Shown here one piece after another: positions 1 to 12,000 of a stretch of DNA of 28,120 bases (position 1 is its first letter; every line of letters begins with the position of its first letter). The notes below the pieces were generated by a model that ran no database searches, was not told the origin of the DNA, and saw only the letters and a list, made by a program, of their open reading frames with translations. The translations under genes were made by a program, and so were the position numbers. The stretch is from Planctomycetota bacterium (GTDB lineage: Bacteria > Planctomycetota > Planctomycetia > JALXBF01), in the NCBI GenBank assembly GCA_026991575.1, contig JALXBF010000065.1:124001-152120 (forward strand), given 5' to 3'.

Positions 1-3000
1 TTCGTGTCGATCGTGTTACTCCAGAACAGATTGAAGCCGGCCACGGTGACGCTTGCCGAGCTGCTGTCGGCACGTAGGCCCATGACGGCCGAGTTGGCCA
101 GCACGTTGTTCATGAGCACCGGTGCTGAGCCGTTCCGCAGATCGACCGCAATGTCATTCACCGAGAAGCTGTTGTTGACGATGCGGTGATAGGGCAGACC
201 GCGCAACTGACCGGGCAGACCAAGATTACCGACGGATACGATTCCGAAGTCGTTGCCGATGAAGACGTTGTTCAGAATGTCCGTGCCCGGGATCAGCCGC
301 TGGTCGGGCGGGAAGTCGTAACGATACGGATCGGGGATCGTTACCGTTGCAGCATTGCCACCGGCGTTGCGCACGCCGACCGGCTGAGTCTGGATGCCGA
401 CGACGTTATCCAGGAACTTCGTGTTCTTGATCTCCAACTGCCCCTGCACGCGAGTCTGGTCGGGCAGCATGAGATCGTCTTCGGAGTTGACGGTGACCAC
501 GTCAAGGATGTCGTTACCCATGTACTGGCCGTCCGGGCCGAAGATGGGACCGATGATGCCGTCGTTGTTGTCGTCGTTGAGGTGCCCGGCTGCGATAGCC
601 CGCGGTCCGGCCGTTTCACGCCGACGGCCGACGGGGAAGGGGCCGAACGGTTGCTTCACGAACTGGGAGCTGGTGACCACGATGTCGTCGACGTACCAAC
701 CTTCCGCTTCGATGAAGTCGTTCGAGCGGAAGCGGAACCGGATCCGCACGTCCTGGCCGGCCCAGGGCGAGAGGTCAAAGGCCTCAGCCACGAACTGCGG
801 GTTGGCCTGTGACGGGAAGTTGCCCGTGAGCGTTCCGCCGGGCGTGTTCGGATCGGTGTCGGCAACAATGCCCAGGAGCGTGCCGTCAGGGGTTACGACG
901 GCCACTTCAGCCAGGTCCCGCACCAGACCGCCGGCCGGCTCCTCGTAGGAAAGCAAGCTGTTGAAACGGATTTCCAGGTTGTCATCGTTTGGCAGTGAGA
1001 TGACCGGCGTGTAGAAGACGCCCTCGGTGTTGGCCGTGTAGTTGCCGCCGGCGGGCGGGTTCTCACCGCTTCCGTAGTAGATCGAAATCGTGCGCGAGTG
1101 GCCCAGATCCTCAGCCCGTGCCGTCGTCAGATGCCACTCGCCGTTGCCCTTGCCAAAGGTGTTGTCGATGACCCACCGGTCATCGGGCGCCGTTGCCACG
1201 TCGCCGAAGACGAACATCTCACGCTGCACGTCTTCGGGCAACTGATCGGGCCGGCCGAACTCTTCTCGACCAAGCAGGAAGGAGGGGTTCTGGTTCAACA
1301 GCACCGTGACGTCGCCGCTGTAGCGGCTCACCACGGCAATGTCGGGCAACGGCAATTGAGCTTCGCCCGGCACGCCGGGGTCGTACTGCCCATTGCCGTT
1401 GACGTCGTTCAGCAGGAGGGTGGCGCCGCCGAAATCGCCCAGGACCACGCCGTGTGGATCCACACCGCCGACCGGCTCGCCCGTGATCGGATCGACCGTT
1501 GTCACGGAGTACATCTGAGCGGCCAGGAACGTGGCGCCCTTATCCGGGTCGGGCAGGATGTTGGGGTTGGGAGCGAGTGTCTGGGCGCCGGCAATCTGCG
1601 TGCTGTTCAACAGTACCGCAATCGAGTCTGGCCCAGCCATCTGCTCGCCGACCGTCGCGATGACCAGGTCTGGACGGGCATCGCCGTCGATGTCCAGTTC
1701 ACGCGGCCGGCCGAAAACCAGCGCGTCATAGGACCACGGGTTGGTGTCTTCGTTGATGAACGTGGCGAAGGATGCTGTCTTGAAGTTCCCAATGAACGTC
1801 GCCTGCACGGAGTCGGGGACAGCGGGCGGGAACGGAGGATCCTGATCAGGCGTCTGCACTTCGATGCGCAGCAGCCCCTGAGCCTGATCATTGACACCGT
1901 CGCCGCCGGTGACCGTCCCGTAGAGCATGCCGCTACCGGGAGTCCACCGCGGGCCGAACTCGGCAACATCAAGCGCTGTGACGGAACGGAAACCAAGGTT
2001 CCCCTGGCTGCCGATCACATCGGCTACGTTGTAGAACAGATCACCGAACTGGCCGTCCCAGACCGTGTACACGCCAACCTGGTCGCCGAGCGTCTGGGCG
2101 GTACCGTCGTAATTCCAGTTCCCCACGATCGGCACGGCATCTGGAAGTAGCTGATCGCCGAAGATGAACGGCTCTTCGTTCGGATCCTGGAACAGGTTGC
2201 CGTTCAAGTCGAGCACGAACGAACTGGTTGCTGCCCCGTAAGCACCAACCTCATCCGCGCCATCGGCCGGCGCTGGCCCAATGGTGTCCGGATCCCAGTC
2301 ACCAACAATCGGTACGGCGCTACCGGCCAGCTCGACGCGGGCCGCGAACGTCTCCAGCTCGCCCGTCCGGTTATCCGTCCACACCGGGACGGCCACGCCG
2401 CTGAACGCCGCCACACCGATGTATTCCAGGTACTGGTTTGCATTTGTGCTGGCCGGCGACGGTGCGTCGGAGATCAGCGTTTCAGGCTGCCAGTTGTCGC
2501 CGCCATCCACGCTGAAGGTCAGGAACAGCTCGACGACTGCGTGGTCGGCAGTATCGTTCCGCGTGTCGTACCAGACCACAACGGGGTAACCGGTGCGCTG
2601 GTCCACATCCAGCGCCGCGTTGAACTGGGATGCCTGGTTCGGATCGCTGTGGACCTGTTGGGCCGTGCTCCAGGTGACCCCACCGTCATCCGAGTACTGG
2701 ACGAAGACATCAACGTCCCGGCGCGGACCGGTCGGATCGAGGTCGTGGTACAGCATGTACAGGCGGCCGGTGTTGGGACCGCCGCTACGGTCGACGTCGA
2801 TGAAGACGACGGGAGCAATGCCTCGCTGGTTCTGAGCCGGGATGGGTTGCTTGTTCGCGACTCTGGAGCTGGCGACCTGGCGGTCCACACCGAAGGACAG
2901 CCCATTGACAAGGCCGTCAGGATCGACGTCCAGCATGATCGGCTTGGGGCTGAAGTCGTCCGAGTTCGCTGAGGTGAACTCGACCCAGGTCACGTACAAC

Positions 3001-6000
3001 TCGCCGTTCGGCCCAACGGCAACATCCGACAGCTGGACATACGGATCATCGAGTAGTGGGAACGTCCCGTCCTGGACAACGACCGGCGTGGTGAAGGACA
3101 TCGGCAGTCGGCCGGCCGGCGAAGCGACCCGCGAGCCAGAGACGGTAATGTCCGCATTCGCGCTGAACTGCGTCCACGACACGTACAACACGTCGACGTC
3201 CGGATTCGCCGCGTCCGGACCGATGTCGATGAACCACTTGTCGTGGAACACATCCGCCGGATCGTCCTGTGCAATGACGACGCCGCCGTCCGTGATGACC
3301 ACGGAGTTGGTATTCGGGTCGATGTAACCGCGGGTGGCGACGAGGTTCGAAATCGTGCTGCTGGCGAACCCGTAGACCAGATAGAAGTTGCCGTAACGAT
3401 CGAACTCGACCGTGGGATCGAAGCGGAAGCCGTCCGGGTCGGCGATACCGTCCACGGAAGCGTCGACCACGAACCGGTTCCAAGTCTGGCCGCCGTCGAC
3501 GGTGTAGTACATGTCCATGGTCACGTCCTGCAGCTCATGCGTGAACGCGACCATGATGTCCGGATTCGCTGGGTTGACGGCAACCTGTACTTCGCTGTGC
3601 TCCTCATCCGGGTTAACGCTGTCTGGCTCGCTGACGCGGACGTTTGCGCTGACGGTAGGTTCCTCGGGCAGCAACGTCCCACGCTCGGTGAGCAGATCGG
3701 GTGTGAGGTCGCCGTCACGGTCGATCGTGAACAAACCTGCTTCCGGATTGAACACACCGATCTCATCGGCGCCGTCTCCGTTCCAATCGCCCACCACCGG
3801 TTGCTCATCGCCGCCGATTCCGTAGGCGAACGGTCCTTCCAGGCCCAGCGTGAACGTGAAGTTCCCGTCCAGATCCAGCGCCCACAGCGCGTCAGCAACG
3901 CCGTTGCCGTTCAGGTCAGTCTCGATGAGCTCAAGGATGCCGTCGCCGTCCAGATCGCCCTTGTCCAGCGCACCGTCACCGTCCAGATCCTCGTTGCCGA
4001 ATGCACCGATCTCATCGCGGCCATCGCCGTTCCAGTCGCCGACGATCGGGATGTAAGGAATGCCAGCCAGTGCCGGACCGAGGAATACGGTGACTGTGTC
4101 GCCGGGATCGTTGCGGCGATTCCCGTTCGTGTCCAGACGCCAACGCCCCGTGGCCGGGTTGAACGTTCCGAGATCGTCGATGCCGTCACCGTTCCAGTCA
4201 CCGATGACCGGCACGCTGGACGGTTCACCGAACGGTCCGAAGTACTCGTTCGGTTCGGCAACGCGATTGCCATTCATATCCAGCAGCCACATCCCTTGCA
4301 GCTCGGGCTCGGCAGCAAAGGTGAAGAACAGGCCAATTTCGTCCGCTCCGTCCCCGTTCCAGTCGCCGGTCACCGGCCTGCCGGGCATGCTGCCGAAGAG
4401 GAAGGGGTCTTCCTCGGGGGAGTTCTCGAAGAGATCGCCATTCAGGTCAAGCTGCCAGGCAACGTCAGGACTGAGTTCGACGCGGTACAGCGTCGAGTTC
4501 ACCTGTGGGAGTTCGTCCGGATCGAGTTCACCGTTGTGGTTGGCGTCGTAGCCACCCTCCACGTCGGTGACCAACATCAGCGGCCCACGGTACGGGCCTC
4601 GGCGCTGCAGCCCGGGCCCATCGGGTCGGAACGCCAGCCCTTCGGGGAACTGCAAATCTGCTTTGTCGGCACCAACCACGCGGACCGCCCCGCTGTTCAG
4701 GTCGATCGTGAAGAACGACCCGCCGGCACCCGTGTTGCCACCCATGACGCCGTACAACCTGCCGGTCAGGGGACCTGGGCCCGGGTGGAAAGCGATACCG
4801 CGAATGTCCAGCTGTGAGTCGTCCACCGAACCACCCTGGCCGCCGGTGAACCGCTGGAAGTCGATCGGCGAGACAACGCTGTCACCCAACGGTTCCACCA
4901 CCACCAGTTGGGCGCCCCACGGGAACTGTGTCCAGTCCGTGTTGTCGACCGTCTCGGCGATCGTAACAGGCGTCGAGATGATATTGCCCTGGTTGTCGGT
5001 GGCGAGATAAACGGTGATGTAAATGAACTCTCCGTCTGTGGTGACCTCGATCCGCTCGGTCTGATTGCTCTGATCGGGATCGACGTAACGAACCTGCAGC
5101 GCCTCACCCTGGATACCCGGCACGAAGTTCGACGCGCGCCATAGCGCCGCATTGTTCGGGCCGGCCGGATCCACGATCACCTCCGCCTGCGATCGGGGAC
5201 CGACTTCATGGAGATCTGCGACCCAGGTTAGTTCGCCGGTTCTTTCATCCAGTTCATAGATCTTGAACGGCCGCACGTTTGCCGGCACGACCGGTCCCGT
5301 CACGGGCATGACCGGGATGTCTACGGTCAGATCCCGGGCGACTACGTAGACCTTACCCGCGTTCTCCAACCCGAGGCCATCTGGCACGCGCGCAGCTGCG
5401 AGGATCCGCAGGTTGGCGTTTGTCTGAGGATAGTTCCGTGCGATTGCCGTGATCGGGTCGATGGACTGCGCCTGAGCCGTGCTCTGCTCGGCGCCGATCT
5501 GGCGGAACGAATACAGCGGCTGCTGGTACCGGGCTGATGCTATCGAGACGCCGTCCAATCCGTAGGGTGCAAGCGTTGCGATCGGCGGGTTGTCGAACAC
5601 ATACTGGCCAGGCGTGGCGCCGCCGAGAATGACGCTGACCGTTGATCCGAACGTATTGTCAACGTCGCTTGCGTTGGTCGTGACCAGGTCCAGGTAGCCG
5701 TCACCGTTAAGGTCTACTGCGTCGATGGCAACCGGACGCGTGTGCCGATTCGGGAAGGTGGGCGTGCCACCGGCGATGGTCAAGTTTGGACCGAGGAACT
5801 GGACCGGGCCACCAAGCACGCCAAACGCCCCTGTGTAGTTCGCAAAGATCGTCACACCCCAATCGAAGCTATTGCCGGGCGAGCCAAAGTTTGCGAATGC
5901 CAGGTCGGGGAAGCCGTCGCGGCCGGGCACCACGCCTCCCGACGCCCGGTCGATCGCCACCAGATCTGCCACAACGACATCGCGCGGGAACGGCAGACCC

Positions 6001-9000
6001 GTACCGCACAGGAACGGCGACGGCTGCGGACAGCGATCCTCGTACACGAACTGACGATCGCCTAGGTTCCGAAGCCACGAGAACGTGCCGTCGGTGTAGT
6101 TGGCAACGATGATCTCGGGTCGGCTGTCGCCGTTGAGGTCAGCGATATCGACCGCGATCGCGCCGTCACGGGCGGGCAGATCAAGTCGCTGCGGCTCAAA
6201 GCCACCCCGGCCGTTGCCCCACAGGACCGTGACGCCAGCCGACTCGGGGGTCACCGTTGCCACCGGGCCGTCCCGGTTGACCGTGACGACGTCCATGTTT
6301 CCATCGGCGTCCAGATCCGCGATAGCCACGTCCATCGGGTTGGGCCCGACGTAGAACTCACCGCCGTCCAGTTCCCAGCCACCCATTTGCGGCAGCGCGG
6401 CAGTGGTTCCCTGACCGGTCAGGGTTTCTCCAACTCCCGGTACGCGGTCGCCGTTCAGATCCAGGACTAACTCGCCGGTGCTCGGCCTGTACACACCAAG
6501 CTCCGTGCCTCGATCACCATCCCAGTCGGCCAGGAATGGGATATCATCGGGCCGAGCATCCGGCAGGAAGATCAACCGCTCCGTGTCCGGATCCAGCTCG
6601 AAGTCGTGGTCCAGATCGATGTACCAGATCTGGTCGATTTCGCCGTCGCCATCCAGGTCCTCATGGAAGAATCCGGTGCCGACGTTCACTAACGTCAGCT
6701 GCCCGTCAGCGTTGATGTCTTCGGAGCCATAGACGGCGATGTCTGCCAGACCGTCGGCCTTGCGTGGACCGGTCGGACCGAGCAGGTGAAGGTCCGGGTC
6801 GAAGTCGCCCATCAAGGGCACGCCAAAGATCGGTCCAAAGGCGAGCTCATCTTCACCCGGATCGACCTGGAAGTTGTCGTTGAAGTCAATGGTCCATCGG
6901 CCTCCCTGGTCGCGCGGCGTGAATTCCGGCCGGTACACCGCCAGGTTGGGACGACCGTCGCCGTCGATATCGCCCGGCACCGGCACCGCGCCCGGGAAGC
7001 CGAACACGATGTTGGCCTCGCTGGAAATGTCGACGCGGTTGTTGCCGTTGATGTCGATGAACCATGCACCACGACGACGGTCGTAGACACCCGGATCTAG
7101 GTTACCGTCGCCGTCCCAGTCCCGAGGCACCGGCACAGCTGCTTGCGGCCCAATCCGGATCGGCCCCTCGCCTGGCTCCGGGGGTAGCCCAACAGAGATT
7201 GCATCGGGCAGATCGAGCGAAGCGTTGGGAACCAAGGGGGAATTGCCGTTGAAGTCAATGTACCACGCACCACTGGATGGCACGTACACCGCCGCATTGA
7301 ACTCCCCGTCGCCATCCCAATCACCGGCGACCGGAATCGAACGGAACCGGTCATACGAGACAGTCTCATCCACGTCGACCGTACGGTCAGCGTCCAGATC
7401 CAGCGTCCAGTTGCCCAGGAACGGACCCTGTTCGCCACGCGGGTTGTACACGCCGACATCCGCAAGACCATCGCCGTCCCAGTCGCCTGCGGCCGGCAAC
7501 ACGCCTTCCGGTGCGGCAGCCGACGTCGTGTACGTGAATGCGGCACTGCCTTCAACCAACCATTGCCCCGTTGCCGGATCAAAGACACCCATGTCCGGAT
7601 ACGGGTCGGCATCCCAGTTGGCCACGACCGGCAACTGCGTGGGAACTCCGAGCCCAAAGGTTACCGCCGCCTCGTCTGCCTTCCAGTTGTCGTTCTGGTC
7701 GATCAGCCACTGACCGGTTGACGGAGAGAACAGCGCCAGATCGGTGTCGCCGTCGTTGTCCCAGTCGGCCAGAACGGGGATTTGGTCGGGCGTGCCGAGC
7801 GAGAAGCTGATTTCTGCTTCCGTGAGTTGCAGCTTCAGGTCGCCGTTGCGATCGAGCCACCACTGCCCGGTGGTCGGATCAAAGACACCCAGTTCATCAC
7901 GTCCGTCGCCGTTCCAGTCTCCGGCGACCGGAACCGCTACCGCTGGATCAACCAGCCCGGAGACCACGGCGATGCCACGCTCACCCGGGTCGATCTGGAG
8001 GTTGCCGTTAAAGTCCAGCGTCCACAGACCGGTATCGATGATGCCGTTGCCGTTGACATCCTCACCCGGGTCGAGCACGCCGTTGTTGTTCAGGTCCTCG
8101 TCGCCGAAAACGCCCAGGTTCGGCAGCCCGTCACCATCCCAATCACCAACAACCGGGATGTCGCCCGCTCCGCCGAACCAGACACCCAGTTCCTTCGTGT
8201 CTGTGTCGAGCTGCAAGTTCGCGTTCGCGTCCTCACCCGGATCAAGGTACAGGTCGCCGTTGAGGTCCTCGGTCAAGAACCGGTCACCGTCGAAATCGAC
8301 GGTCCAGGTACCATCGCCCGGGTTGAACGTCGCGATGTCATCATCGCCATCCCCGTCGAAGTCAGCCACGATAGGTCGGCTGGACGGCGCGTCAAAGAAC
8401 CATTCAAACGGACCGAAGTCCGGCCCGTTCACGTCGATGGTGTCGGTGGTCCAGAGACCGGTGACCGGGTCGAACATACCGATGTCGGCAACGGCGGTCT
8501 GCAGGTAGCCGTTGCCATGTCCTGGCGGGAGGCTGTTGTTACCGCGCAGCACCGAGACGGTGTTGTCCAGGTAACGCTGGGCCGTCGGTTCAAGGTCCGT
8601 CTCGGTCAGGTTCGGATCCTCGAGGCTCGACGGTGCGGCCGGGTCCTGGCGCTTGCTCAGCGTGCGGATCTCGACCGTGTAGAATCCCGAACCCCCCTCG
8701 ATGCCGTCGAAGCCGAGTGCGTTGAGCGCTTGCAGGTCGTAACCCTGCTGACCGCTGCGGGAGATCACCTGATAACCGCCGTCACGCAGCGGCGTGATCG
8801 CGGCTGGTGCGTTGTTCGGATTGATCAGGCCTTCCCGCAACTGATCGGGATCGTTGTCCCCGACCGTAATCGCGATGAAGTATTGATTGCCGCAGGTGGC
8901 CGGCGGCAGGACAAGCGGCCCGATCAGCGGCTCGGTGGAATCGGCATGTACGGCGTCGCCGCGGAAGTAGGACTCTAGGTCTTGCTGCCCTAGCGAGAAC

Positions 9001-12000
9001 GGTACACTGCCGGCGTGTGCCACCGGATCGGCCAACCGGCTGTCGTCGCCGTCCCATGCGATCAAATCGGCAGCACAGCCACCCGGTACCGTCATCCAGC
9101 GGAATAGAGCGATTTGGAAGTCGGCCGTGTCCGCGCCAAGCGTGTCCAGATCGATCCAGACCGTGGCACCCGGGTCAGCCGTGAATGCATAGATGTCGAC
9201 ATCGCGCTGGATGCCTTCGGTGTTCGGGTCGACGTCGCCGGGTTCGATCCAGCCGCTGATCACCAGTGAGCTGTTGTAGGAGGTCTGCTGGTCCGTGCCG
9301 ATGCCGAACTGCTCGGTGGTCTGGTGAGAAGCAGGCAGGTAGTCGCCTGGGTCGTAGAAGCCCAGATTGCCCACCTGCGGCATCCCGCCGCCGACGATCT
9401 GGTTGTTCTGGAACTGCTGCTGTTGGCGTGGGCCACTGCCGTCGGGCCCTTCCGGATCCACGAAGTCCGCCGCGAACGGACTATGCCGTGGCTGTCCATC
9501 AATTTCCACGCCCACCTGAGCGTACTTGATCTCGGCCTGCGTGATGACCGTGCCACCGCCTACCTGGGAGAAGTTGTCCGAGAGGTCATCGGACGTGTAC
9601 TGCAGGATGATACCCTGCCAGTCGCCGGGTTGACCGTAGCCGACCCCGTCGCCCGGTACGTCAGTGATGCTGAAGGCAACGTCGTCACCTCGCCCGATCT
9701 CACCCGGATCGTCAATGATGCCGTTGGGCAAGCCGGTCACTATGTCCGGGTCGTCCACCCCGGCAAAACCCGGTGCGCGGTCGGGCCCAACCCAGTAACC
9801 GGTCACGGCGGTCTGATCGTCCGTAAGCGATGTGAAGATCACCGGCACGGGCGGTTCCGGCGGCGTTGCCTCCCGGTTTGCCCCCCGCCCGATGACGCGC
9901 AGCGCGGAAGCCGACCCGGCACCGGCACCGGTATCGCTACCGGAGACCGTGATCGAAACCCCACTGTCGGCTTTCACGACCACGCCTGCTTCGACTTCCA
10001 GAGCCACGGGCCGCGAGGGGGTACCGACGATGAGGTCACGGCGCAGAATGTGTGGGATGTCAGCGTCGTCCCACTTCCCGAACACAGACAGCACGCCGTC
10101 ATTCGGACCATCGCCACCGACGCCGCGGATATCAAGTCCGTTGAGCGTGTTGTCTTCCAACAGGTTGCCGCGGATCTCCGGCTCAACGAGCGCCTCGTAC
10201 GTGTTGCCTGTAACGTAGCTGTCGGTATCGAGCGTGTTGGGATCGACGGAGATAGCCGCGCCGACGTTGCGGTCGGTGCGGCCCACGAAGTCGGCATCGC
10301 GAGTGTCGTGGATGTAGTTGCCTGTGAGGTTGATTTCGCCCGTCTCGACCCAGATCGCCGCACCCGATGCGTGGTGGATTTCGCTGTTGCGAATGTTTAC
10401 AAACGTTGGCTTCTGCGGCGGCTGACCCTTGATTTCGATCATGTTGAACGGCTGGAAGTCACCCTGGTACGGCACGCTGCCACCGCCAAAGCCGATCGTT
10501 GCGTTCAGCAATTCGCCTCGGGAGCCCGGCAGGTAGACGATGCCGCCCCAGTCTTCGTAGTCGGCCCCGCCCAGCGGCTCGCCCGAGAAATCCCCGTCGT
10601 TGTTCTGGTCACGCTGCAGCTCCCCTCGATGGTCCGCACCAGCGCCGGTCGTGTCGTCCTTCACCGAGCTGATCACAACCGGGTTCTGTGGCGTGCCCAG
10701 TGCATCGAAGAACGATCCTTCGCCCACTTCGATCATCGCCGACTGGATCTCCAGAACCACACCGGGCAACATGGTGACCGAGCCGGTGGCGCCATCCGTG
10801 CCGCGGATGAACATGTTGTCCGTCAGCACGTGAGCTACGGTGCTGTCATCCAGAACGATCGGAGCATCCAACTCACGAAGCGTGCCCGTGCTCGGGTCCA
10901 CCCCCACGCGGATGAACATCCCGTTGATCGACGACCGTGCGATCTGGTTACCGCGCACCCTTGGACCGAAGCCGGGTTGATTACCCTCGTCCCACGGACG
11001 GTAGCCCGTGAGCTGGACAAGGTCGTAGGTTGCAAACGGTGCTTCATCGGCCGGACGGTCGGGACCGTGCGCGATCAGCGACATGTAGTCGACCGAGATG
11101 GCCGCTTCGCCGGAGTCGATGATCAAGTTGTTGACGATCTCTGGGGTTGCCCCCACCCGGTTCACGAAATCGCCTTCAATGTGGATCGGGCTGAACCGGC
11201 TCCCTAGCGACGACACAAGACCGCCGCCGAAGCGCAGTTCCGTGTACCAGACCCGAGAGAAGTCACTCAGGAACGTATCCGAATCGGACAGCAGCCCGCG
11301 GCGGTCGCTGGTCGCCTGGAACCGAATGCCACCCCAGTCGCCGGGCTGGGCTTGCGTGGCATCGCCGTCCCGGTTTGTGTCGCCTCCGCGGAGGTCGTCC
11401 CGAATGGATGTGAAGATCACCGGGTCGTTGAACGTACCGCGGCTGATCAGGCGACCAGCCGGTTCGCCGACCAAGCCACGCACCTCGACGTTAGCGTCCC
11501 GCAACTTGATGATTGCACCCGGCTGGATGTTGACCGTGTTCGCGTTCACGTCAAACTTGCGCATCGTGACGTCCGTGGCCAGGGGATCAATCACAAACGG
11601 CACGTCATTGGCGTTGCCCAGCACCACGACGATGCGCCGGTCGGTGGGATCCTGGGACAGGAAGCGGGCCAGGTCGATGGCTTCCTGAATCGAGTTGAAC
11701 GGCTGCTCGAACGAGCCCGTCTCAACGCCGCTGTAGTCCGCCCGAGCATAGATGACGATCGGATCCGTCGGGGGCCGGCCGTTGTTCAATACAGCAAGCG
11801 GTTGAGTCTGCAACCGAAGCATGTACTGACCGGTCGACGTGCCGCCCGAGGCGCTGCCGGCTACATTCGGATCATAGGCATCGTTACCTTTCGCACTTAT
11901 ACCGATGTAGTAGGTTCCGGCAGCCAGTGCGCCGGTGATCTCCAGAGTCAGTTCCGGGTCGACGCCCGCGGCCGGGACATGGCGGGCGACTTCCGTCCCG

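Noticed and set aside
2067..8490. Recurring CCGTCGCCGTTCCAGTC-like DNA words as a CRISPR array or DGR repeat
   Set aside because: They encode the GDWNGDG protein repeats, vary at synonymous positions and are irregularly spaced. No cas or reverse transcriptase gene is present.
9870..9900. Possible frameshift at the C-run near 9881-9890 in the giant gene
   Set aside because: Codon-by-codon reading keeps the frame (SALRVIGRGANRE...PVIFTSLTDD).
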